From positions 11,966,001 through 12,030,000 of the forward strand of contig JBHGNT010000001.1 of assembly GCA_043228905.1 (NCBI GenBank): a DNA stretch of 64,000 bases, in the 5' to 3' direction. The position numbers and the translations under genes were made by a program. This document shows positions 11,637 to 22,472 of this stretch, piece by piece (positions within the stretch are counted from its first letter, which is position 1; each line of letters begins with the position of its first letter). Source of the DNA: Azolla caroliniana. Lineage: Eukaryota > Plantae > Polypodiophyta. Below the pieces are notes generated by a model. The model made no database searches. It was not told the DNA's origin and saw only the letters and a program-made list of their open reading frames with translations.

Positions 11637-13021
11637 TAAAGATTATTTCTGGAAAAGAAATAGGATAAGGTCAGAGATATAGTCATAACATCATGTCGTG
11701 ATGTAAACATATCATGGGCGAGCATTAATCGATATCATTATCTCACGTCAATACCCCTCTAGACGTATGAGATGAGGTTCAAGATCAGGTTACTATGGTA
11801 ACACAAAGGTGTTTTAAAAACCATGGGGGTGACAAATAAATGTCTTTCCCTGATCTCTATATCGATTTTTTCATGGTGGCTCCCCGAGGCTCAACCATGT
11901 ATGTTCGCGTCATGAATAGTTTATACACGAAAAAAATGTTAATAATAAACTATGTTTCGGTGCCCACATATGTGGTTTCGGCTCTTTAAGTCCTATTACG
12001 AGGACCCCGAGGTGCACTTAGACCTTAAGTCTAAACATGTGTTATAGGCATATGTATCAAGGATGTTGTATGGTCTTGGTCATATTTGAACTCGAGACCT
12101 CGAGAACAAATACATTAAACACTTGAGCCAACCAAGTAAGTTGCTCTTCTCGAATGCTTAATGTTTGATGCGTATAAGAGATATGCGAGGCAATTGATCA
12201 TATATGTTTTTTTAAAAGAACATATATGTCAAGGGTCCTTATTTCGCCCTCATTTACCAAAACTATGTTGGTACGTTACCTAACCTCAAGTCTCGTAATT
12301 ACGATGGCATACGCCAAAGTGCAACCTAATGGTGAAGCCAAATGAGCCCTTGTTTCGTAGTAGGCTCACGTGGGCCATCACATGGTCACGTCATTACGAA
12401 TGCCTCTCGTAAGAATGAGCTCATGGTGGCATCGTATCCATGTAACGAGGGAGGGATGTTGGATACGCGCGTCATTGGAGCGACCTCACTTGAAGTGGGT
12501 CAAGCCCTACGTACTCAACATCATTTTGGCTATTGGCGTTTCTTTACGTAACAAAATCGAGGTCGTCAACGGGGTTATCAACAATAAAAAAATGTTGAAA
12601 AAGGGATGGTGACAACGCCATTCTCACAAAAATGTAAGGACGGCCACCAACATCCTTTTCCCGACCATGACAACTTTCGATATAATCACGTAATAACGAA
12701 TATACACATATGTTTACTTATCACATATATACGATCAAATACGTATATATGTGACCACATATGCCTATATTAAACATATCGTTATAGTAAATAGCCACAA
12801 ATGATGTGATCGAGATACGTAATCGAGGTATATACCTCTACGCACACGAAACATCCACAAATAAGAGATCATCGTAATACGCAATGGAGGTATAGACCTC
12901 TTACGCATACGAGACCAAACGCATATCGTTTACAACAAATCAAGGTATTAAACTCATACGCAAACGTAACATATGTTCGTGAACGTAATACGTAATTGAG
13001 GTATTAACCTCGTACGCATAC

Positions 13022-13487
13022 GGTCGGGTGGATCGGCACCCTTCTTTCTCTTTCTCCTTTCTATCTATGTTTTCATTATCCTTATCTTAAGCTTACGTTA
13101 GTATCAAGATCTATAATATTTGCCCGACCACCCCCGAGCGAAGGGATCGAGACGGACTCGAGCCTCGATCGGCGTCCCATACCACCGCCGTGGCGTCGAG
13201 TCGTACCTGGTGCTGGCGCGCTCGCTACAAGAGTTGACCCACCACACGAGCAGAGTCTCGATGTAGTCAAAAGATGATCAAATGAGGGTAGCTAGACCTC
13301 TTATTTATAGCGATACCCAAGGCCCCCAGGCAAGTTCACACTTGACCTAATGGGTTGTCTCAATCCCGAGGATTAAAAGTAATCCTCCCCTTCTTTACAC
13401 TCTCATTTAACCCTCACACTTATCCACATGTATAGATTACTACGGTAAATTCTTACCACGGGATATTATATGGTCATGCCCGTAACA
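13022..13487 (-). repeat. 5' LTR of the chromovirus with an inverted U5 segment plus PBS
   Basis: 13130-13487 matches 6859-7216 directly. 13022-13118 is the reverse complement of 6762-6858. Confidence 0.93.
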
Positions 13488-13810
13488 ATCGTGGCTTGTT
13501 ATAGTAATTTTCTTACTATAAACTATATATAATTGAAAAAGCGTTTATTACGGTATATGCTATTTGCAACCAAGAAAGGATCATCATAAATCTTCCAAAT
13601 AAAAAATTGATTCAACTATCTTTCATGTATGTGTGTATTTGAGTAAATTCTTAGAAGACAATGATCGTTTCTATTCAAGTCTTGTTTGTTTACCATATAA
13701 TCATCTTAGAAACTTTACAAGGATTGCAATCAAAGTTTCTGGATCGTTAATCAAAGTTTCTATGAGGAAGTTACAACCAAAGACTTTGTAAATAACAGGA
13801 GACGACCCGC

Positions 13811-15274
13811 TATCGCGAAGTTTCGCAAGTGTCTGTTAGTTGGGCGGGACCACGGGGGTCTTGGACTAGGGAGTACGAAGGGATAGAGAAGACCCGAGGT
13901 TTGCTTTACGACAATACTACTTCCTAGGCTAGGACTTGTTGCCCTTTTTGTGGGGCCGGTGGTTTTCATTAATCATGACTCGTCGAGTTTTCGAGATCCC
14001 TGCACGAGCCAAGTGATCAAATGGGTACAAGCAAAGATGAGCACGCAAAAAGAACACACAAGGGGACGAGAACACAAACACAAATACTCGTACGTCTTTA
14101 TGAGGAGGAGAGGTGCATGGGCATGATAGAACGCTCCCTCGTCACAAGACGTCGAACGTACAAGGAAAGGGACGAGAATACAAACATGAACGCCCGTACA
14201 TCTTTACGAGGAGGAGAGGTGCATGGGCAAGCCCGAACGCCCCCTCGTCACAAGACGCCGAACGTACAAGGAAGACACAAAACACACGCACGAATGCTCG
14301 TACGCCTTTATGAGGAGGAGACGTACATGGGCAAGACTGAACGCTCCCTTGTCACAAGATGGTCGAACGTACAAGGAAGACAAAACACACGCATGAATGC
14401 TCGTACGCCTTTATGAGGAGAGGTGCATGGGCACGCCCGAAACACTCCCTCGTCACAAGACGGCCGAAGGTACAAGGAAGACACAAAACACACGCATGAA
14501 TGCTCGTACTCCTTTATGAGGAGGAGAAGTGCATGGGCATGCCCGAAACGCTCCCTTGTCACAAGACAGTCGAACGTACAAGCAAGACACGTAACTCACG
14601 CACAAATGCTCGTACGACTTTATGAGGAGGAGAGGTGCATGGGCACGCCCGAAACGCTCCATCGTCACAAGACGAACGAACGTACAGGGGACGAGAAATA
14701 AAGAAAGAAAACACGAATGACATTGGCCAAAGAAGTAGATATGTAAGTTCGATTGCAATGCAAGAGTGCCCTTTATAAAATAGGGTTTGATTACAATGTG
14801 GCAACTTCTAGTTAACTACAAGCTCAACAAAACATAAACACTAAATGCCCTTAGGGACAAGAGCAAATCCGAACACGGAGCTCGGAACACGAACACAAAG
14901 AAGACCAGCACATGAGCACAACACACCACAAAAAAGCCGACCCCAATGAACCACGACCACCCGAACAACGAGTACACGGGCTTGCAACGACGAACGGGGG
15001 CGAAACAACGCCGAAGCAAGGAGGCTCGGGCTCACGAGCACCGTAAATGAACCGAGTAGTTTGAGTGCCAACACGAAGAAGACGAGCATGTGGCGATGAG
15101 GGGATGAAGGGGTATGAGATGAAAAAAAAATGGTGAAGATGAAGATGACGAGCTCCGAAAGAAAAATGGCGATAGTTTCCTCCTCCCAAATGAGCCCCCC
15201 TTGACCTCCTTTTATAGGAAAAAAGGAAGGGGGGTCGCCACATTCACCACTCTCGAGCACGCCACATCACGACA
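13811..15274 (-). mobile_element. Probable solo LTR related to 17216-17894, containing a tandem array
   Basis: Shares GGGCGGGACCAYGGGGGTCTTGGACTA near its left end and the TCACGACA right terminus with 17216-17894. Minus-strand CCTATAAAAGG TATA box. The flanks (CCGC / ACGT) do not form a clean TSD. Confidence 0.6.
14070..14697. repeat. Tandem array of ~6 x ~104 bp
   Basis: CTCGTAC-like anchors at 14087, 14193, 14297, 14400, 14503 and 14609. Confidence 0.88.
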
Positions 15275-15409
15275 ACGTGGTTACTTGATCGAAGCCCATC
15301 ACCTCTACGTGTGTCGTGCTTAGTCTCGTGTTCAGAAATAACCGGTTGATCGCTGTAGCAACAACCTGCATAGTTCGTATCAAAGAGGAGAAGAAGAAGA
15401 AGTTCAACA

Positions 15410-18400
15410 ATGAACACTTAGATGGGAAGCGCTCTTCCTTCCACGAAGCTCGATAGAAACAACTTTGCATCTTGGGAGTATAAGATCCACCAATAGCTTG
15501 TCGGTCAAGGCTATTGGAGTTATGTCTAAGGAGCAAACAAAAATCAATCCAACCCAACACATGTCGACTACCCAGCTTGGGAGGAAGTGGCGAATCGTGT
15601 GTTGTATTCCCTTGTATCATGCATCGGCTTAACACATCGGTTCAAAGCCATTCGGTCAACAGTCCTTGCGAGGGAGAATTCTCCCTCCTTCGATCTCCAG
15701 TCGATGTTGCTGGTCGAGGAGAATCATGTTCGAACAAGAAGCAATTCGCAAGAAGGAAAAAAAATCTATTCAAATTTTGATGGAGGAAGAGGGCACGGTT
15801 GTGGAAGAAGAAGAAGATTCGGTCAAGCCTGACACAACCAAGAGCAACAAGACGTTTCAAACGCACGAGGCGGAGCGTCCGGAAGAAGGGGGAGCAATCA
15901 AGTCGGACCCAGCCGTCAAAACAATCCCGCCCAGTGCGGATACTATGGTAAATTCAGACACTATGAGGCAGAGTGTCGAAAAAAGAAGAGTGGGTCAGCC
16001 TCCACAAGCCGACAACTCACGAAAAACGCCTCCAACTCCGACTATGACAATCATGGCCGAATATTTGTGATGAGGCATAGAGAGAACTCCATGACAACCT
16101 CCAACCTAACCAACACCTCCAAACCAGAAGATGTATGGTTTGTCGACTCGGGTGCATCCAACCACATGACATCCCACGAGGATTGGTTCAAGGAGCTACG
16201 AAAGCCCGAATGACCCGGCTATGTGGAAACTAGGGATGACTCAATTCACCCCATTCAACATGTTGGCAATGTCCCATTTGGGGAAGAGCAACCAAACCTA
16301 CATCAAGAATGTTCTGCATGTTCCCACAATAATAAAGAATGTGGTCTCAGTTGGACAAATAGTAGAACAAGGCATGCAAGTCTGATTCAACGATAGAGGA
16401 TGCTTATCGAAAAGGAAGGCCGACTTATCGCTCGTGGTTGGAGAGAAGGTGGGATGTTCATCCTCTATTCCCACGAGATGAACTTGGCAATGTATGCCAA
16501 GGGCCAGAGAGCCAACGCCGATATAGAGTTGTGGCACAAGAGGATAGACCACAACAATCTACAAAAGCTCAAGGGAATGCAGTCGAACGGAGTCGTCATC
16601 GGACTCCCGACCCTCACTGAAGAGGAAATTGTAGGCATGTGCGAAGCTTGCCAATTCGGCAAACAACACCAGCAACCGTTCCCAAAAGAGAGGAACATAA
16701 GCAAAGGGATCCTAGATGTAATACATTCAAATGTATGGGGACCAGCCCAAATGGCAACATTGGTGGTTGCCGATACTACATAACATTCATTGACGACTTC
16801 TCCAAACATACCTGGATCTACCTTATGCGGCAAAAGAGCGAAGTGTTTGGACACTTCCAAAATTTCATAAACGAAGCCGAAAAGCCAATCAGCCGGCATG
16901 TCTAATGCTTTCGATCGGACGACGGCAAGGAGTATTTCTTGGGTGCCTTTACAACATACCTTCGACAAGAAGGAATTCGGCAGGAGTTTACCAGCCGACA
17001 CACACCTCAGTAGGACAGAGTAGCCGAACGCAAGAACTGGCATATACTCAAGGTGGCAAGGGCAATGATGAATTAGAAACATCTGCCAAAGTCATATTGG
17101 GCTGAAGTGGCGAATATGGCAGTCTATCTGATGAATCAATGCACAACATCAGGAGTGCATTATGTTACCTCCTGCGAAACGTTCTATGGGACGAAATCGG
17201 ATCTATCGCATACGTTGTCGCGTTGCTACGCACGTGCGTGGCGAAGGGCGGGACCATGGGGGTCTTGGACTAAGGAGTAGAGGAGAAGGAATCGGACATG
17301 GAATGCTTTGCTCAAGAAGAAGAAGAATGAACAAGAGATTAACTCGAACAAGAGGAAGATGGAGACAAGATGATCAACAAGATATATTAAAACGAAATGA
17401 ACGATTACAAAATGGAGGCCGCATAGGTTGCACCAAACGACTACGCGAAACCCTAACTGACGAAGATAAAGATAAAGATAAAGAAACCCTAACCCTAACC
17501 CTAACACTCGACCTATGTGGTATACCTCGCACACTCAAAATAGGCAACCCCCACAATGGTGCCTTCCCTCTCCTTTTATAGCACAAGGAGGGAAGACCGT
17601 TTACAAAAGTGAGACTAAAATATCCCCTTTCATTTAAAGGGGATATTTGCCTTGATTTGGGGAGGGTGAGATTGATGGCCCCCTTAACTCCCACCTCCTC
17701 ACAAACAACTAGGTACCTATGTACCGCATAGTACCTCTCTCTCTCTCTCTCTCGCGTGGATGTGCGTACAAGACCACATCACCTTTATACCTTTATTACT
17801 ATTACAAATACATTATGTACGTGTGCAACGTTGCACATCGCTCTGTGGCTCTCGTTGCTCGGGTTTCCGCTCGTGGATAAAAATCTTCACGACAACGTAC
17901 ATGTTCCCGACGAGACGTGGCAGAAGCTTGATCCTAAGTCGGAGAAATGTATACTTGTAGGGCACTCAATCAAGCGAAAAGGGTATACGTGCTTCAACCC
18001 CTCCTCCAAGAAGGTTCGAGTGAGTAGGGATGTCGTTTTTGACAAGTCGACATCCTAATATATAGTTGAGCCAGCCCCATTTGACACAATCGAAACCGAG
18101 TTCGACACAGATGTAGAGAAGGACGATTGACCGTGACCCACATAAGAGAAAAGTTCAACCTCAACCAGGTTGACTGGACCACAAGAGCCTCCAAGCGATC
18201 AAAGAACATCGCGGCCGCGTCCAAAACAGGACAAAGGCAAGGCCAAAATGCCTGAGTACAAAGACTCGGATGGAAATGAATCGACTCACTCACCCGACAA
18301 TGAGTATAATGGTGGATTGGATGTTCTCAGTGTGGGGACACCACGGGGACCTCGTCGCTCCACCCGAGAGAAGAACGCAGTCAGTCGATTCGGCTACAAT

Positions 18401-20257
18401 GACTACATGGCATATTATTATGCATTCATGATGAAGGTGGCGTGGCGACAATCTGAGAACTGGAATTTTTTTTTGAAGCCACAAAAGACCCTAGATGGGT
18501 CAAAGCGATGAATAAGGAGATGCAAACACTCTGCAAGAACGAGACATGGGATCTCGTCCTTTCTTCAAACCATCAAAAGGCAATTAGATGTCGGTGGATC
18601 TTCAAGGTAAACCACAAACGTTGATGGCACTATCCATCGGTACAAGGCCCGACTTGTGGCGAAGGGTTACGCGTAGATGCACGGTGTTGACTAGGAAGAG
18701 ACCTTTACCCCGATGGCAAAGAAGACTACAATTCGAACCGTGATCGCGCTTGCAGCAGCAAAAAGGTGGCACCTCCTCCAAATGGACGTAAAGAACACCT
18801 TTCTTTAAGGTGAGTTAGATGAGGAGGTGTACATGATACAACTCCCTGGATTCAGGTCGACTACGCATCCGATTGTTGTCTGCCGACTCAAAAAGCCTCT
18901 CTACAGTGTCAGACAGGCACCGAGAGCATGGCATTCGAAGATAACACAATATCTTCATAAAATTGGCTTCAACATGTCCAAGTTTGACAACTCTCTGTTC
19001 ATGTAGAGCGATTGCAGAGGACAAGTATTTATCATCATTTATGTGGATGAGTTGGTCATAGGAGGAGAGCATTTAGCAAATATTGAGCACATCAAGAAGC
19101 TCCTCTCCAGCCAATTCGAAATGACCGATATGAAGGAGCTCCATTACTTTCTAGGAATAGAAGTAATTCGGACTCCAGATGTCATAATGCTTTCTCAAAA
19201 GCACTATATCCTCAATCTTCTTTAGAAGTTTGGGATGACACAGTGTAAGCCCGTCACTACCCCTCTCTATCGAAATCTAAAGCTAGATGCCGACTCCGAC
19301 ACTAGAGAGTGTGAGCTGATGCTCTATCGTCAACTAGTTAGAAGCTCATCTACCTCATGATTACCCGACCCAACCCAAGTTACCCAATTGGCCTCCTTAG
19401 CCAGTTCATGCAGACACCAAGAAACATCCACTTGGACTGTGGTAAGCGACTGATACGTTATGCAACTGGGACGATGGATTTCGGCATCCTTTACAAGTCG
19501 GCCACACCAATGCCGACTATGCTAGGTACAGAGTCCATCGAAAAATCGACATCCAGATTTGTTTTCTCTCTCGGTAGTGGCGCCATATCGTGGAGTAGTA
19601 AGAAACAGCCGACAATTGCACTATCGAGCACCGAAGCTGAATACAGGGGCGCGACCGTAGCCAGATGTGAAGATGTTTGGCTCAAGAGAATATTGAAGGA
19701 CCTGGGCATTCTCATCAAGGATCCAATTCTCCTCTACTGTCACAACATGAGCAATATTCACCTCGCTCGGAACCCAGTCTTCCATGCTCGGACTAACCAC
19801 ATCGAAGTGCACTATCACTTCATCCGAGAGTGTGTTCTGGCTGGGGATGTCGACCTGCAACACATCAACACAAATTTGCAGATGACCGACATCTTAACCA
19901 AGGCCTTGGGAGTCGACAAGCTACGACAGTTCACAACGAACTTGGGTCTTTCAACCGTCGACCAGCAAAGCTTGAGAACATAGTCTAGGATACTCAAGTG
20001 TGTGAACACCCCACCTCCTTGTATAGTAACTAGTGTGTCATAGAAGTTAATGTCCTATGAAAAATACTCTTTAAGTAGTTAAGACATGACCTCTTTCCCA
20101 AGAGGTGGTACTAGTGAGAGAACTTAGAGAGAAAATGACTACATAAACACCTTCTCCTTCTCTTTATAACCGTTGTTGGCCATTCTTGATTTCCTTGTTA
20201 ACACACACACACACACACAGTTCTTCTGCTGCACAGAATCATCACCGATTCTTTACA
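15410..20257 (+). mobile_element. Decayed Ty1/copia element 1 (deleted gag, INT, RT, RNase H, 3' LTR remnant)
   Basis: Motifs KLDRNNFASW, WFVDSGASNH, LWHKRI, CEAC, YVDE, SWSSKKQ and HIEVHYHFIRE. Many stops and frameshifts. 19971-20257 is LTR-like with the PPT missing. Ends are approximate. Confidence 0.85.
17216..17894 (-). mobile_element. Solo LTR (679 bp) inserted in the integrase of copia 1
   Basis: TGTCG...CGACA termini and a 4-bp TSD ACGT (17212-17215 / 17895-17898). Similar to the LTR at 63049. Confidence 0.85.
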
Positions 20258-21765
20258 GATAGTTTAGAATATGAGTATGATGTTGTGCACAATGAATTAT
20301 ATTACTTGGTTCATTTGTTGGGTTACACACAATGTGATTGAACTTGGGAGCATATGGATAATCTCACTAGCACCAAGTACATTGTACCTAAATTAATTTC
20401 ATCATTAATATCTTGATAATCCAAGTCCTCGTTTATGCATTACGACTCATGGAACTCGTCATCAAAGGAAGGGGATAATATCATGAACTTCTATGTAACA
20501 TAACATAATTGTATAATATCATATTCATCATAAAAAGTATTGGTTATCCTTTTACATATGATATTTATTATAACTGCTTATAGGTAATCTATTTTGTAGA
20601 CTTAATATTACAAGATGTTGCCTCCTCATATAAGCTAATGTATGGTCGCTGATATGGCATGCTTGCATGGATGCAACGACAATCATGCATAATGCGAGGT
20701 GTTGAATGGGTCCAACATGCTATATAAGCAAGATCTCTAATTATTCATGAATGATTCCAATTCAATTTGCCAATCTTTTACATATTTATGTAATGTTGTT
20801 GTTCTCGTGAATATAATTGCATTTTTTCTCTTATTTCTCAGTTCTTCCATTCTATCTTGTTCTCGTCTATGACCTAGAATTCTAGGACACTCATTAACTA
20901 TGCAAGGATCCTGGCAATTAAAATAGCTTATTTCATGCCAAAACATCTCTCATTACCCAAATATTACACACTTTTCCCTTGACTTGAGACTTGTGCATAT
21001 AATCGTATTCAGGTTTTGCAAGGTGTGCTACAATATGAGCCAACCACAATTGTTGGGGTAGGAATGCGAGTGGAGTTGTGCATGGAACCCTAGGAGGTGA
21101 CTTATAGTGTTCTACACATGGATTTTATTTCTATCTCCCATTAGAGGTCTTCCAATAGTTTTCAAGGCTATGCATCACAAAAAGCGTAATGTGCTTTGTG
21201 TTGGTGTAACAATGGGCATTTATGTCTTGTGCGATGGACATAGGATGTAAGGCAATGGATGTTCTCATAGATGGTATATCCAATGGTTCCCTCTACTTTC
21301 ATTGTATGGTGAGTGCTCGTAGGGAACTATGTGATTTTCCCCCGAAGATTCAAGGCCGCCTTAGTACACGTCTACAAATATATCATGCAATCCTTGAGCT
21401 ACATCACTACAGTGCACAAATGGTTGAATTTTGAAATTGACTAGCGATGAGAATATTTTATATGGTGGGATCATAAAAACTGCTTGTAAACTTATTCATA
21501 AGTTTTTCATCAATCATCTCAACACTCTCTTCACATTTATTATCAAAGTTTTTGGTTTCGCATATGTAATCTTGAACTGCCTTCCTCTGCTCATGTTCTA
21601 GAGAGAAGATTTAGTTTATTTATTCCACCATGTCCCTCTTGTTGTCAAAAAAGGCCGACTCCACCCAATGTGTATCTCCAGTGTGAATACATTACCCAAT
21701 TAGGGCTTTACTATATAAGCCCAACTATAACATTGTAGCAAAGAGAGAGAGAGAGAGTGTGTGTG

Positions 21766-22227
21766 TGTTACCTGGACAAGTATATATATGTCGGAGTCGG
21801 ATCGACAGTTCGGATCAATGACTTAACAGATAGCCGAATAAGGCATAGTTAGTTACGAAGTTTTGTAATTCTTGATAATTATAGGCAGTAGGATTTCTTG
21901 ATGAGAAAAGGCGTTCGGGTTACCTATAAAAGGAACCAAAGGCATTGTAAAAAGCTATCGTTGTATTTAGTAATATAAAGTTTGGTTAGGAAATCTCTGT
22001 GTACGAATTGCTTTTTGCAATGCCTTTGGTTCCTTTTATAGGTAACCTGAAGGCCTTTTCTCATCAATAAATTCTACTGCCTATAATTATCAAGAATTAC
22101 AAAACTTCGTAACTAACTATGCCTTATTCGGCTATCTGCTGAGTCATCGATCCAAACTGTCAATCCGACTCCGACTTCGACCTCGAACATCCTTCTGACT
22201 CTGACGTATCTATACTTGTCTGGGTAA

Positions 22228-22229
<2 letters not shown>
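21766..22229. repeat. Long inverted repeat (fold-back of an LTR 5' part)
   Basis: Arms at ~21766-21955 and ~22010-22229 are near-complementary. Outer ends are TGTTACC and GGTAACA, and each arm carries CCTATAAAAGG. Confidence 0.92.
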
Positions 22230-22265
<36 letters not shown>

Positions 22266-22472
22266 GAGAGAGAGTTTTTGGAGGGAATAACTGAGTCTAC
22301 CATTTGAGCTTTAACGGTGTCACTGTGTACTATGCTTCTCATCTTCTTGCTTCCTGAATATGTTGTTAGAGTGCAACTCTACTTTCTTAGTTTATCTGTG
22401 TTATTTGTTAGACACGATTGCTACAGGTCCTCACACCATCTTCCGCTGCATAACATCTCCATATTCAACATA

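Larger units (their letters stand above)
6762..13487 (-). mobile_element. Full-length young Ty3/gypsy chromovirus (Tcn1-like, apparently self-priming)
   Basis: 5-bp TSD ATCGT (6757-6761 / 13488-13492). Two 455-bp LTRs. Domain order gag-PR-RT-RH-INT-chromodomain. PPT AAAGAGGGGGAGTA abuts the 3' LTR, and there is no tRNA PBS. Confidence 0.95.

Noticed and set aside
14021-14804. Several overlapping repetitive ORFs
   Set aside because: They are by-products of the 104-bp tandem array.
17484-17505. (CCCTAA)3 as an interstitial telomere
   Set aside because: Only three units inside an LTR. Telo-box-like motifs also appear in the related LTRs.
20258-21730. Possible gene or LINE remnant (similarly ~1900-3600 and ~57700-59600)
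   Set aside because: Only short ORFs with no motif I can support, so these were left unannotated.
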